In this document: one piece after another, positions 26,880-37,965 of the stretch
Layout: every line of letters begins with the position of its first letter
How positions within the stretch are numbered: the stretch's first letter is position 1
Virus record (IMG/VR): IMGVR_UViG_3300046506_000220
Location: 18,833-82,832 of that record
Length of the DNA stretch: 64,000 nt
Strand: one strand, 5' to 3'
Source: a virus
The notes under the pieces: generated by a model
What the model saw: the letters and a program-made list of their open reading frames with translations, nothing else
The model's database searches: none
What the model was told of the DNA's origin: nothing
Made by a program: the position numbers and the translations under genes

Positions 26880-29800
26880 TCATCGAAGCCGACGGCGAGC
26901 TGTGCATGTGGATCATCTTCGAGCGCCCGCGCGATGCGCCCGAACTTTACATCGCGCGCCTGTTCAGGCTCGACCAGCCGATGAACACCGTGATCTATGG
27001 CGACACGCTCGACGAGGTCCGTGAGCTGCTGGCGAAGCTGTATCCTGGCCTGACCTGCCTGCCGAGAAATCCGGGCGACGAGGTGCATGTCGTGGAGACG
27101 TGGCTATGATTGATCAACTCGAATGCGCGCTGGGACGGATCGCGGATCTGGAATTCGACAACAGGGCACTGCGCCGGAAGCTGACCCAGGCCAACCAGAT
27201 GCTGAATGAACTGCGCACGGCCCGCCCGCTGCTGTTGTACGGCGATGCGTGGCTGGATAAGATCAACCAGACACTGGCGCACACCGAATGAGCAGCACCC
27301 CCCTGATGCTTGGCCCTGATGAGCGCGCTGCACTCACGGCCCTGCGCGGGCTGGCCAGTGCGAACCCCGTCGACATGCGGGTGCTGCCCAAAGCCCTCAG
27401 GACGCCTGAAGGCAAGGCCGCGCACATGGCCCGGATGACGCAGCAGTGCGTCACCATCCCGCTTGACTTCCTGGTCACCTTCAGCATCGAGACCGGGCAT
27501 CCCATGGGCGCCTGCCGGCACATGAGCATCAGCGTCGGCAAGGCCGGGCGCGTACCCAACGAGCATGCCGTGTGGCTGGTCGCCGAAGCGCTGGGCTTTA
27601 CGGGTGGGCTGGACACGTGCATGCACTGGCTGGAAACCTTGCAGGGCCACGGCCAGGCCGTTAACGTAGTGCAGTCTGTTCTGATCGCCGAAGGAGTGAA
27701 AAATGACTGATTTCGAACTGGCCTGTGCCACAGCCACGATGCTGGGCCGCCTGCAGATCGGGCTGAAAGCTGAACTGGCGGGCACGACTGACGCGGCTGA
27801 ACGGCAGCGCCTGGAAGTACTGCTGCGTGGCATCCCGGACGCCTGCCTGCTGCTCGGCGTCGCCGCAGCCAGGCTCCAGGACGATGCCGGGCAGCGCCAG
27901 CCGGTGGAGAACCTGCGGCGTGGACATGAAGACAGCCGGCCCCCGTATCACGTTGCCCTGCATCCCCTGCACCCCGACGCAGACGTCTAATGCCTATCGG
28001 ACCCGGCAAGTACGACGCCCTGTGCACCGACGTGCGTGAGCGCAGCCAGGCACAGGGCGCGATCGTCATCATCCTGAACGGCGAGCACGGCTCGGGCTTT
28101 GCGGTGCAGGCCGATGCCGCCGCGACGCTGGCCCTGCCCCGGCTGCTTGAAAACCTTGCGCGGCAGATTCGTGCCGACCTCACATGACGCCCATCTCTGA
28201 TCTTGAAATCCTTGACGGCCTGACGATGCCCGGTCTGAACGTCGAGGCGACGCTTGAGCCACGTGAGCTGACGCTGCTGCTCTACGGCATCCGCAACATC
28301 ATCGCGCGGCGCGAGCGGCTCGTTGAGCAGGTCGAGCGCGAGAAGGCCGCGCGTGAACTCCAGTACTACCGCAAGACACCGTGAGCCAGTCACGAAAGGG
28401 GTCCGCGCTCGAGGCGCTCACCAACGTGGCCGTGGGCTATGGCGTCAACTGTACGGCCAACGCGCTGCTGTTCCCGCTGTTCGGCTGGCACATCACCACA
28501 ACACAGAACATCACGCTCGGCGTGATCTACACGGTGATTTCGCTGGTCCGCTCATACGTATTACGTCGTTTCTATAACTGGCGCACCCTCCGTACGGCAG
28601 CGGCGCAGCCATAAGCGAACGGTACGAAATCCTCGAAAACGGCCGCGGCATCCGGTGCCTGCGCTGCGGCCTGACGTCGTGGCATCTGGGCGACGTGGCG
28701 CACCGCTACTGCGTGCAGTGCCACGTGTTTCATGACGATGACGATCAGGTATACGACGGGCTGAACGCACCCGACGCAACCCGCAAAGGAGTGCACTGAC
28801 ATGGCGATGACCGTATGGATCCCCGAGACGCCCGCCGGCACGGTGCTGGACTGGCTCGTGGCCGAGACGGAAGAGCAGGCCTGGCAGAACCTGCTGGAGG
28901 ACGCCGCTGACATGCCGTATAACGGCGTGGCGGGCTTCAGGGCGCGTGGCTATCAGGTCTTCGAATACGACGTGGTGGAAGAAGTGGTGAAAAACTGGGG
29001 GGCGCCGACATGAAGTATTACGTACTCGACGCGAACATGGGGCCGGTACCGGTATCCGTGAACATCTGGGTGTCTTTTCTTCGATACGGAAATCGCATCG
29101 TCGCCGTTTCAGACATCGACGATGATGCGAAAGTTACGTCAATGTTCAACGGGACCGATTCGATGATGTACGCATCGTACGTGACGCACGTCGATGGGGA
29201 ACTGCTCGGTGTAATCGGCTATCTGACCGAGGACGAAGCGAAAACCGGCCATCAGGAAATCTGCACAGCCCTGCGCGCGCTTGACGACCGCTCAGGCAAC
29301 GCCATGTTCGCGGTTCTGTGTGAGATCAACCCTGAGAACCGCAGACGCGCATCATGAGCAGGATGAGCCTGTCCGACAGGCTGGATGCCGACGAGATTGC
29401 GACCTGCGTGGAGCGCCAGGAACTGCTGCAGGAGCTTGAGGACATCGAGGACCTGGTTGAACGCATGAAGGACCGCGCTGCGCGCCTGATGCGCCAGATT
29501 GCGGCGCTTGACGCGAGAACGACATGAGCCACTTACCACTTATACGCCTGGCATGACCATCGCGCAGCTGCTGCAACCCTACACGGTCTACCTGGCCCTG
29601 TACGACTACGACGTGGAAGTCACGCTGCCCGTGGGCACTGACTTCGAACTGCTGACCAGGGTGAAGGACGACTACATCGGGTTCTTTCGGCATCCGGAAT
29701 ACGGCGAGTTTGCCGTGCAGACGCCGGACGCTTTTCAGTTGAACGGCTGACGCGTGCGGGCTGCACATGGGAATGGCTGATGGACTGAATGGGAGGGCAT

Positions 29801-31080
29801 ACAGCCATGTTTGCTATCAAGGATTTGCCAGAGGAACTGAAGCAGAACCTCGTCATGAGCGCGATTGATATCACCGGCCAGACGATGATGGCGAACCGCG
29901 AACGCCTTGCCGTGCTGCTGCTGGATCGCCGTCCGGCACTGAACGAAGCCATGGCAATCAGGGCGGTCGATTTCGCGCTCGAAGTCCTCGCGATGCTCGC
30001 GGCCGACGCCGAGGAAAACGTTGGATAACGCCTGCCTGACACATGGAATTACGCGACCTTTATGACGCTGTAGACACGCTGCGCGACATCCTGCCGGAAG
30101 GCTATGACGCGGAGCGTGTCTACAACGCGTTCAAGCACATCGACAAGATTGCGTTCGCACGCGGCTACAACCGCTGCGCCGCAGACTTCAACCTGGGTAT
30201 CACCATCGAGCCGACGGAGAACCAGGCATGATCGACCCGGCTGAAATTGACCGGCTACTGGACGAGATTATCGCCACGGTTCGCACGACGGCTAACACGT
30301 CGCTGCAGACGGCGACCGGACAGATTACGCTGCGCGGCGCGCTCCGCAGACTCTATGAGCTGGGCGTGACCGACGGCATGGAACAGATGCTGTATCCCGG
30401 CACGGCGCAGGCCAACATCGAGGCCGAGCAAACGCGGCTTTTGCTGAACGTCGTGGCTGACACGCTTGAGGATAGCCACAAGAGCGTGCTGGCCGCGCAG
30501 CTGCGCCAGCGGTTCGACCTTGGCGACACGCACATCACGCCGCTCGCGCCCGGTATCTTCGTGCTGCATGGGAAGAAATCATGAACCTGCAAACCGGCGA
30601 TAACGTGCTGATCGAGTGCGATGGTCGGCGCGTCCCAGGCGTCGTGATGCTGGCGTCCGGCAACGGCAAGTCGCTGGTGCTGGAGTTCGACGCGCTGCTG
30701 GACGGGCACCTTGGCATGATGGCCGTATCGCTCGCAGACGACGGCAAGTATTCGGCGCTTCTGACGGGTTCGGAAGTAGTCCTAATAAAACGTTGCTAAT
30801 TCCTTTTATGTCAAATCCCCTGAGGACCGCTAAATGTCTGTACTGCAGCGAGCCGGTTCTGGAGAGTGACCGCATCGGTCCGTACCCCGTGAACGGTGAG
30901 CCCGTGCACTGGGAGTGTGGGCTGCGCTGCGTCGTCGGTGGCCTCAATCATCTGAATGGGCAATGCTCATGCTGTGGCGGTACGTTACCGCCCGACCCCG
31001 AAGGCTGTACCCGCAGGGAAGCCGCCCGCATGGCGGCGCAAGTCTGGATTGCACGAAACCCACTAAAAGGAAACGCTTAA
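26876..31080 (+). other. Cluster of about 17 small, translationally coupled hypothetical genes
   Basis: Overlapping ATGA-type junctions, e.g. 26876-27109, 27288-27710, 27703-27990, 27990-28187, 28184-28384, 28801-29013, 29010-29357, 30043-30231, 30228-30584 and 30581-30799. Confidence 0.65.
28381..28614 (+). CDS. Small phage membrane protein
   Basis: SQSRKGSALEALTNVAVGY..ISLVRSYVLRRFYN, two TM segments. Confidence 0.7.
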   Translation: MSQSRKGSALEALTNVAVGYGVNCTANALLFPLFGWHITTTQNITLGVIYTVISLVRSYVLRRFYNWRTLRTAAAQP

Positions 31081-31081
31081 A

Positions 31082-31453
31082 ATGCTGACAGGAAAAAACG
31101 CAGACAGACAGCTGGCCGAGCTTCGCAGGCGCATCGAGGCTGAGCATGGGAAGTTCAAGGCCACCATAAGCGCGGCCATTCAGGCGTTTCTGGTGGAGCA
31201 CGACCTGACGCTGGATGACCTGCGGCCGGTGACGGCCGCTGCGCCGGCAAGGCAGGCCAGGGTAAAGCGGGCACCAGTGGACGTGAAGAAGGCCCCCAGG
31301 AAAGCCCTGAAGAAGCGCAAGGCGGCCTTCAAGGGAACGCAGCCGCCGATGTACCGCAACCCCGAAACGGACGCAACGTGGTCTGGTTTTGGGCGCATAC
31401 CGGGCTGGATCGCCGGCAAGGACCGTGAACAGTTCCGCATCAACGGCGCCTGA
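31082..31453 (+). CDS. H-NS-family nucleoid protein
   Basis: PPMYRNPETDATWSGFGRIPGWI DNA-binding motif. Confidence 0.85.
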   Translation: MLTGKNADRQLAELRRRIEAEHGKFKATISAAIQAFLVEHDLTLDDLRPVTAAAPARQARVKRAPVDVKKAPRKALKKRKAAFKGTQPPMYRNPETDATWSGFGRIPGWIAGKDREQFRINGA

Positions 31454-31495
31454 TGTCACCATGCCCGGCCGCTTCTCAATGACGATCGACGAGGT

Positions 31496-31762
31496 GTGAC
31501 CATGTCACCAGACTCTCTGGTTCGCTTCATCGAGGCCAGGAACGCGGCCCTGCGCACGCTCGACCTGAACTGGGCACGGCGGACGGTGCCGTATGTGAAC
31601 GACGAGACGCTGCTCGTGACGCTGCATAAAACCCGTTACGACTGCACCATGATCGAGGATCACTTGCGCCTTGAAAGTGCTGAATGGCTGCGTGCGCGCG
31701 GCTACAAGGCCCTCGGCGGGGTGCCGCTGCTGCCGCCCGGCGAGCTGCCACGCGGCGTGTGA
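31496..31762 (+). CDS. Hypothetical protein
   Basis: GAGG RBS; ORF in the transcription direction. Confidence 0.55.
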   Translation: MTMSPDSLVRFIEARNAALRTLDLNWARRTVPYVNDETLLVTLHKTRYDCTMIEDHLRLESAEWLRARGYKALGGVPLLPPGELPRGV

Positions 31763-31811
31763 GTGTTCCTGTAAAGGCTCACCTATAGCGTGTGATCAGC
31801 GCTCCTGTGGT

Positions 31812-31841
31812 GTAGTATGCTATACACGTATAGCATACTAC
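31812..31841. promoter_or_regulatory. Operator palindrome of the RelBE-like operon
   Basis: Perfect 14 bp inverted repeat GTAGTATGCTATAC-AC-GTATAGCATACTAC, 15 bp before the antitoxin ATG. Confidence 0.8.
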
Positions 31842-31856
31842 CGTTGGGAGGTTCCC

Positions 31857-32081
31857 ATGCTTGCAATCCGGCTCCCCAGGGAGATCGAGGAGCGTCTTGA
31901 TGCGCTGGCAGCCGCCACAGGGCGCACCAAAACCTTTTACGCCCGTGAGGCGATCCTGGAATACATCGACGATCTGGAAGACCTCTACCTTGCCGAACAT
32001 GAGCTTGAGGAAATCCGCGCCGGGCGCAGCATCCCCATTCCACTTGAAGATGTGATGAAGCAGTATGGTCTGGCGGATTGA
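31857..32081 (+). CDS. RelB-like RHH antitoxin
   Basis: MLAIRLPREIEERLDALAAATGRTKTFYAREAI; GGAGG RBS. Confidence 0.9.
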   Translation: MLAIRLPREIEERLDALAAATGRTKTFYAREAILEYIDDLEDLYLAEHELEEIRAGRSIPIPLEDVMKQYGLAD

Positions 32082-32337
32082 GTTGTCGGGGCTGGCACAG
32101 AAAAATCTGCGCGCCCTCGATCATGGAGCCGCAGACCGCATCCTGCGATATCTCACCGATCGGGTTGCCAGGCTGGACGACCCCCGCAGCATCGGCGACC
32201 CGCTCAAAGGCGCGAAGCTCGGCGAGTTCTGGAAGTATCGCGTGGGCGACTACCGGATCATCGCCGACATTCAGGACCACGCGTTGTGCATTCTGGTGGT
32301 GCGGATCGGCAACCGCCGCAAGGTCTACAGGCAATGA
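32065..32337 (+). CDS. relE: RelE/ParE-family toxin
   Basis: GDPLKG..FWKYRVGDYRIIADI..IGNRRKVY. Confidence 0.92.
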   Translation: MVWRIELSGLAQKNLRALDHGAADRILRYLTDRVARLDDPRSIGDPLKGAKLGEFWKYRVGDYRIIADIQDHALCILVVRIGNRRKVYRQ

Positions 32338-32347
32338 CACTCACACC

Positions 32348-32593
32348 CTACTGGGCCGTGCTGGGTGCCGGGGGCACGCGGCCCTCGCAGCTGGCAATGA
32401 ACTCCTTCATCGCGACCAGCATGTCCTCGCGCCGCGCATTGCTGATCCAGTTCATCCGGCCGCCCTGGATCACCTCCAGATCAAACACCAGTAACGCGAA
32501 GCCGTAGCCTTCGAAAATCTCGGAAAGGGCCTGCGCGACCGAGTTCATTGTGTTGTGATGCTTCGCCTGAATCGGTGCCTCATTCTGGTCCAT
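32348..32593 (-). CDS. Hypothetical protein
   Basis: GFALLVFD..MNWISNARREDM; last gene of the minus-strand operon. Confidence 0.6.
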   Translation of the reverse strand: MDQNEAPIQAKHHNTMNSVAQALSEIFEGYGFALLVFDLEVIQGGRMNWISNARREDMLVAMKEFIASCEGRVPPAPSTAQ

Positions 32594-32813
32594 GCTCCCT
32601 TCTCCCTGAGGTGACTGCCCTGATCTCGATCTCAAAGCGCGGCACGCCATCAACCGTGACCACGTGCGTTTCGCCCACGCCGATGTACTCGATGATCGCC
32701 TTGATGCAATCGCTCGTGACATCGACGGCGCCACGGTGAAACGTGTTGCCCGCCCGGTTCGTGTGCCCCGCCTTGATGCGCTTCGTGAGCGCGGTGCAGG
32801 CGACGTGGATCAT
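32580..32813 (-). CDS. Hypothetical phage protein
   Basis: Coupled ORF, IHVACTALTKRIKAG..DVTSDC. Confidence 0.6.
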   Translation of the reverse strand: MIHVACTALTKRIKAGHTNRAGNTFHRGAVDVTSDCIKAIIEYIGVGETHVVTVDGVPRFEIEIRAVTSGRREHGPE

Positions 32814-33100
32814 GACGGCTCCTGAGGGGCGATGAGCGGGTCCAGCCCGCGCGCGTGACGCCACTCGCGCACCGATGCGTCACCATCGAGCACGACGCGG
32901 GCGGCCATCACGGCGGTCTGCACGGCCTCCTTGCGCACCCTGGCAGCGCTCTCGTCGAACACGGCCTTGCACAGTTCGCCAAACTCTTCCGCAAGTGCAA
33001 TGGTCATGACCCGGTCGCCGGGAAATTTCGCCCGCGCGAGGCGCAACTCGGCACGAACCTCGTTGAGGAAAATCTTCACCTCGTCATCATCGCGGATCAT
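32810..33100 (-). CDS. MazG-like nucleotide pyrophosphohydrolase
   Basis: LAEEFGELCKA..KEAVQTAVMA motif. Confidence 0.7.
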   Translation of the reverse strand: MIRDDDEVKIFLNEVRAELRLARAKFPGDRVMTIALAEEFGELCKAVFDESAARVRKEAVQTAVMAARVVLDGDASVREWRHARGLDPLIAPQEPS

Positions 33101-33280
33101 TCGAACCGTCCTCCTCTTCGTCGGGTATCACCCCCCGTTGCGGGTAGAGATCAGCTGCTACCTCGGTGCGCAGCACTTCAACAAAACGGAGCAATGACTC
33201 CTCGTCAAACTCGATCGTGCCGTCGCTATAAACGATGGCGTATTCGCTGGCGAGTTCCAGGATGTCCTGTCTTGGGTCGC

Positions 33281-33568
33281 TCATGCTGCTTCCTCGTCGT
33301 AATGGGCGAACGCATGCCACACATACAGCCCGCCGTGCTCGAAGAAGGTCGACACATAGTCACCCGCATCCGGTGGCACATCGTGGCCGGTGCCCACGAT
33401 GTTCACCGTGACCGCCTGCTGGTCCCCGGTATCGACCAGTGCGCGGTCCAGCAGCACCCAGGCGAAAAAGTCGCCGCTCTGCCAGTCCACCCTCTCGACC
33501 AGCGCCCCTGGTGGCAGCATCAGCTGCGTAGCACCCAGCTCAACCGGGTACTTGTAGATCGTTTGCAT
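33281..33568 (-). CDS. Hypothetical phage protein
   Basis: TIYKYPV..IVGTGH..VWHAF pattern. Confidence 0.65.
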   Translation of the reverse strand: MQTIYKYPVELGATQLMLPPGALVERVDWQSGDFFAWVLLDRALVDTGDQQAVTVNIVGTGHDVPPDAGDYVSTFFEHGGLYVWHAFAHYDEEAA

Positions 33569-33622
33569 GCGACCCCCATCGGTTGCTGACACACGTAATG
33601 CTCGGCCTGTATCGGCTCTCCT

Positions 33623-34003
33623 TCAATAGATTTCAGCGGGCGCGGTGAACCACAGGCGCCTGGGCACACCCCCGGCGACGGGCAGCGCGTACTGGATCAG
33701 ATAGTCCTGATCCTTCTTCTGGGCCATCGACAGCTCGCCCGCATCGTGCCGCGCGCGACACAGGGCCAGCCGCTCCAGATCCCGCTCAAGCCAGCGTGAC
33801 TCGCCGGGGCGCTTGCGCGCCACGATGAACCCGTACAGCTTCGGATCGCCCCAGCCGGCGAGCGGCAGCGTTCGCATGACCTGCACGACATGTTCGAGCG
33901 GGGTGTCCAGACGCGCGGCGATCAGCACAGGCGTGTAATTCAGCTCCAGTAACGACCTGATGGTTTCCACGATCAACCTCCATGCGCACCTACGCCAGCT
34001 CAA
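33623..34003 (-). CDS. Hypothetical protein (N-terminal HTH-like; start uncertain)
   Basis: ORF in the operon; PVLIAARLDTPLEHV. Confidence 0.45.
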   Translation of the reverse strand: MSWRRCAWRLIVETIRSLLELNYTPVLIAARLDTPLEHVVQVMRTLPLAGWGDPKLYGFIVARKRPGESRWLERDLERLALCRARHDAGELSMAQKKDQDYLIQYALPVAGGVPRRLWFTAPAEIY

Positions 34004-34316
34004 AAAAATACGTTTCCTTTCCGTCGGGCAGCTTCACGCGCACGGGCGACAGGTTGAACAGGCCACCCGTCGTGTAGTTGCACGGGCCGTTGCCCTTGCC
34101 TCGCGCGAACGCATCGCGTGGCTCGCCCTCGCGGTAGCGGCCGATGCACGAGAAGGCGACGGCACCCTCTGGCGCACCGGCATCGCGCCAGTCCTCAGTC
34201 GCGGCCTCAAACTTGCACAGCGGGCACACAAAGCGCCATTTCAGCGGATCCGCACCGAAGCGCCGCACCGCCTCAGCCTTGAAGTCTTCCAGCGTGGTTT
34301 CGCGGATCTGGCTCAT
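33990..34316 (-). CDS. Cys-rich hypothetical protein (VVA0879-like)
   Basis: RRFGADPLKWRFVCPLC..CIGR..CNYTTGGLF. Confidence 0.65.
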   Translation of the reverse strand: MSQIRETTLEDFKAEAVRRFGADPLKWRFVCPLCKFEAATEDWRDAGAPEGAVAFSCIGRYREGEPRDAFARGKGNGPCNYTTGGLFNLSPVRVKLPDGKETYFFELA

Positions 34317-34320
34317 GGCT

Positions 34321-36342
34321 TCAGGCCATCAGAGGAAGGCTGAACACGTGATCCGCAACCGGTCGCTTGTGGGTCACGACGATGACCTGCCTGATGGTCT
34401 CTTTCAGCCGCTGCAGACACTCGGCGGTGTAGCACGCGCGCTCCTCGTCCATTGACTCGTCGAACTCGTCGGCCATGAACACACTGAACACGCCGTTGGT
34501 GAGCACCTGCCCGAGACCGATGCGCAGCGCGAGGTTGGCCACCGCCTTGCCTGAACCGGAGAGCGTCTGCACCTGCTGGCCGTCGACCGTGATGTTGAAA
34601 TCGTCATCCACCACGATCGAGCTGCGCGCGCCCCCCGTCATCTGGTTCATCAGCAGTGAGGCCACCTTGTTGAGCGACGGAATCAGGAACGACTTGATGA
34701 CCGTCTTCGCCTCCGCGATCGCCGCCTTCGCGTTCGCGTAGTCGTCGGCACGGGCAACCAGCCCGTCGTGCTGCGCCCGGTCAGCCTCCCAGGATTTCAC
34801 AGCCGCTTCGTACGCGTTATGCGCCTGCTCATAGGCGCGCGACACCACCAGCCGCTCGTCCAGCTCACTGAGTGTCTGCTCGACGCTCGCCAGCTCGGCG
34901 ATGCGCGCTTCGCGCGCGGCCAGCTTCTCGAAGAACTGCTCGTAGGACATCAGCTGCGCGCCGTACGCGAGCAGCTCGCCGTCAAACTGCTGGCGGGCCT
35001 TGAGGTCGGCCGAACGGTCAGGGGTGTTTTCAATCGCCTCGGCCAGCGTCCTGACCGATGCTTCGGTGTCGCTTATCTCGGCCGCAAGCTGGCCGATCTC
35101 GAGCTTCAGCGCCTCGATCTGCTGCGCGAGGTCCGCCCGGTAGGCCTCGATCAGGCCCTGCGTGTGGGTGACGGCCTGTTCCAGCTCCGCGCGGCGCTCG
35201 ATGTTGCCCAGCAGCGCGCGCTGGTTGCGCAGGAACTGGCGCGTCAGCTCCGGCGCCGGGGTCTCGGTGACGTCGGCGTACGCTTCGAGTGCGGCGCTCG
35301 CAAGCGGCCAGTGGTGGTCGCACTTCGGGCACACGTGCTCGCCCTGCCCGAGCAGCTTCTGCCTGGCGACCCACCGCTCGTGCATGTCCCAGTGCGCCTC
35401 AACCACGTTGATGCCGGCTTCCTGCATCTCCGGCATCGGCAGCCCGGCGAGCTGCTGGGTGATGCGCGCCAGATCCATGTCAAGCATCGAGCGGCCATCG
35501 CGCTCGGCGTCAAGCTTCTCCAGCCCGGCGCGCTTGCGGTTCAGTTCGGCCGCCTGGCCGGCGAGCATGCCCTCCAGCGTCTTCTTCGACGTGATCAGGG
35601 TGCTGCGGCTGTCGAGCAGCCCCTGCAGCGTCCCGGCGGTTTCGGTGATGGCGCAGACAGGCTCGACCGGTTTCAGCGGCTTGTGGGCCACCATACCGCG
35701 CAGCTGATGCAGCTCCGCGACCAGTTCAGCCGTCGTCGTGCGTTTGAGCGCGAGCGTCGTGCTGCTCTCGTAGCCTGACGGGATGGCGGGCTGCACAGGC
35801 TCGCGCAGCACGCTCGCGAGGCCTTCGGCCTGGCGGCGGAACGTGAGCGACTTCTCGTTGAATTCCTTGACCATGTCATCGAGCACCGTCAGGCCAATGG
35901 TCTGGTCGACGATCTTCTTGCGCTCGGCGGGCTTCGCGTCCGAGAGCTTCTCGATCTGCCCCTGCAGGCAGGCGTTGGCCATCGTGAACACGTCGAAGTC
36001 GTAGCCGAAGATCTCCTTCATCTTTGCGTTCACGGGCTTGGTGCCCGTCGCGACGTCCTGCTCGCCGTCGTTGAGCACCCGGATGAGCTTCGCGTTCTTC
36101 ACCGTGCGCACCACGCGGTACATCATCTCGCGCACGACGAACTCAAGCGTCACCTCCAGCTTTTTGTAATCCTCGACGGCGCCGCGCAGCGCCACGGTGC
36201 CCCACAGGGCGAACAGGATCATCTCCAGCGTGACGCTCTTGCCGCTCTCGTTCTTGCCCGTGATGGCGGTCTGGCCAGTCTTGAACTCGAACACCGAGTT
36301 CGCGTGGCGATAGCCGTTCCTGATATGCAGTCTGTTAAGCAT
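34321..36342 (-). CDS. SbcC/Rad50-like SMC ATPase
   Basis: Walker A GKNESGKS, Zn hook CPKC, signature LSGSG, Walker B MADEFDESMD and VTH. Confidence 0.92.
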   Translation of the reverse strand: MLNRLHIRNGYRHANSVFEFKTGQTAITGKNESGKSVTLEMILFALWGTVALRGAVEDYKKLEVTLEFVVREMMYRVVRTVKNAKLIRVLNDGEQDVATGTKPVNAKMKEIFGYDFDVFTMANACLQGQIEKLSDAKPAERKKIVDQTIGLTVLDDMVKEFNEKSLTFRRQAEGLASVLREPVQPAIPSGYESSTTLALKRTTTAELVAELHQLRGMVAHKPLKPVEPVCAITETAGTLQGLLDSRSTLITSKKTLEGMLAGQAAELNRKRAGLEKLDAERDGRSMLDMDLARITQQLAGLPMPEMQEAGINVVEAHWDMHERWVARQKLLGQGEHVCPKCDHHWPLASAALEAYADVTETPAPELTRQFLRNQRALLGNIERRAELEQAVTHTQGLIEAYRADLAQQIEALKLEIGQLAAEISDTEASVRTLAEAIENTPDRSADLKARQQFDGELLAYGAQLMSYEQFFEKLAAREARIAELASVEQTLSELDERLVVSRAYEQAHNAYEAAVKSWEADRAQHDGLVARADDYANAKAAIAEAKTVIKSFLIPSLNKVASLLMNQMTGGARSSIVVDDDFNITVDGQQVQTLSGSGKAVANLALRIGLGQVLTNGVFSVFMADEFDESMDEERACYTAECLQRLKETIRQVIVVTHKRPVADHVFSLPLMA

Positions 36343-37336
36343 TGCGCATCTCCTGATACCTGCCGAGCACTTCACTGCCCACCTCACCACTCACGCCGTG
36401 CTTCGTCAGGCACCGGCCCAGGATGTCCATCATGTCGAACGACTCGGTCTGCATCGAGATGTCGACGAAGTCCTCGCCGTTATCTGCAATCGGCTTGGTG
36501 GTCACCGCCCACGCATCGACCTCGAAGTCGATCTGCTCACCGGGCCTGAGCGCCACGCGCACCGCCATGTCGTGGAACCGCCCGGGCGAAGCCGCAAGCG
36601 CCTCCTTCAGCTCGTCGAGCGTGAGCGTGACGTAGACGTTGCCCTCCGGATCCTCGCCGTGCGCGTACGGCTGCAGGGAGCCGGGAAACAGCACGCGCAC
36701 GCCGTCGATCATCTCGTCATAGGGGCGATGATCGTGACCGCTCACCACCACCTTCGTGTACGGGCGCAGCTCGAACAGCGGGATCGCGTTGTGCGGGTTC
36801 TCGTCGAATGTCACGCGGTCCCAGTGGCCGACCACGAGGTCATATTCCCTGTAGCCCTCGTTGCCCAGCTCGCGCGCCATCTCCTTCGAGTTCCTGAACG
36901 GGTGCCACGGCAGCACGCCCACGCGCAGGATGCCGTGCTCGATGACGGTCAGCTCGTCCTTGACCACGACGATGTTCGGCATGCTGTCCAGCAGCTCGTA
37001 GAGCAGATCGAAGGAACTGGCCTTGTCCGAGTCGCGTGACGCATCATGGTTGCCGCGCACCAGCACGAACCACGTCTTCGGGCGGCGGATCGCCGCGTCG
37101 CGGTACGCGATTGCGACCTTCAGCACGATCTCGGGCGCGACCACGTACGAGTTGAAGATGTCGCCCAGGCAGATGTTCATGTCGACCTCGGCGTCCAGCT
37201 CGTCCCTGAACTGGGCGAACTGGGCGGCTTCGCGCTCGCCGCGGCGGTGCAGCGGCACGCCCGTCTGGAATGACAGGCCGAGATGCGGGTCGCCGATGAA
37301 CCCGATGGTCCGTTCCTGCAGAGTGATTGTTTTCAT
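36335..37336 (-). CDS. SbcD/Mre11-like metallophosphoesterase nuclease
   Basis: GDPHLG, LGDIF, GNHD, GH, SGHDH and PGSL motifs. Coupled to sbcC. Confidence 0.9.
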   Translation of the reverse strand: MKTITLQERTIGFIGDPHLGLSFQTGVPLHRRGEREAAQFAQFRDELDAEVDMNICLGDIFNSYVVAPEIVLKVAIAYRDAAIRRPKTWFVLVRGNHDASRDSDKASSFDLLYELLDSMPNIVVVKDELTVIEHGILRVGVLPWHPFRNSKEMARELGNEGYREYDLVVGHWDRVTFDENPHNAIPLFELRPYTKVVVSGHDHRPYDEMIDGVRVLFPGSLQPYAHGEDPEGNVYVTLTLDELKEALAASPGRFHDMAVRVALRPGEQIDFEVDAWAVTTKPIADNGEDFVDISMQTESFDMMDILGRCLTKHGVSGEVGSEVLGRYQEMRNA

Positions 37337-37383
37337 GTTGTGTGGTGGTGTGGTGGTGAAAGTGATGGTGGTGGTGGTAAAAC

Positions 37384-37965
37384 TCAGGCGTCCGGATCCG
37401 GATGCGGCGTCGAGTGCGCCTTCGCCGCAAGCAGGACCTTGATCTGGTGCACCACGTCGAAGAGCGCGCTGTGCGCATCGCCCTCAAACGGAATGAGCCG
37501 CTCGAACGGCGGCGGATCATGCGGAAAGTACCGGCCGCGCAGGAACGAGTTCATGTCGTTCACGTCCCGGTAGTAGAACGGGTTGGGCAGCGCGAACTGC
37601 CTGCAGTAGCTCTCGATGAACGGGTACTCGAAGTGACTCGGCTTGGCCCACAGGCGCAGGCTGTCGTTGGCGGGGTCGATGCCGGCGCGTGCCCATTCGA
37701 CGAACGCCTGCATCACCACCTCGGGCTTTTCCGAGCGCTCGAAGATGCTGCGCAGGATGTGGCTCTTGTCCTTGAGCCACCACTCGCGTGTGCTCTCATC
37801 GAAGAACCGGCCGTGCGGCATCATCAGGCAGCGGTCGAACATGACGGGTGAGATCTCACCCGACTCCATGTCAAAACGCACCGCTGCGATCTGGATGATC
37901 GCGGTGGTTTCAGGTGATGTCCCCGTTGTCTCCAGGTCCACCATCGCGTTAAGCATCTTAGTCAT
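37384..37965 (-). CDS. DEDDh 3'-5' exonuclease
   Basis: MVDLETTG..AIIQIAAVRFD..HSALFDVVHQ. Confidence 0.85.
   Translation of the reverse strand: MTKMLNAMVDLETTGTSPETTAIIQIAAVRFDMESGEISPVMFDRCLMMPHGRFFDESTREWWLKDKSHILRSIFERSEKPEVVMQAFVEWARAGIDPANDSLRLWAKPSHFEYPFIESYCRQFALPNPFYYRDVNDMNSFLRGRYFPHDPPPFERLIPFEGDAHSALFDVVHQIKVLLAAKAHSTPHPDPDA

Noticed and set aside
37337-37380. Poly-His ORF segment (37044-37520)
   Set aside because: It overlaps two real genes in another frame and is better explained as an intergenic CAC-rich leader.
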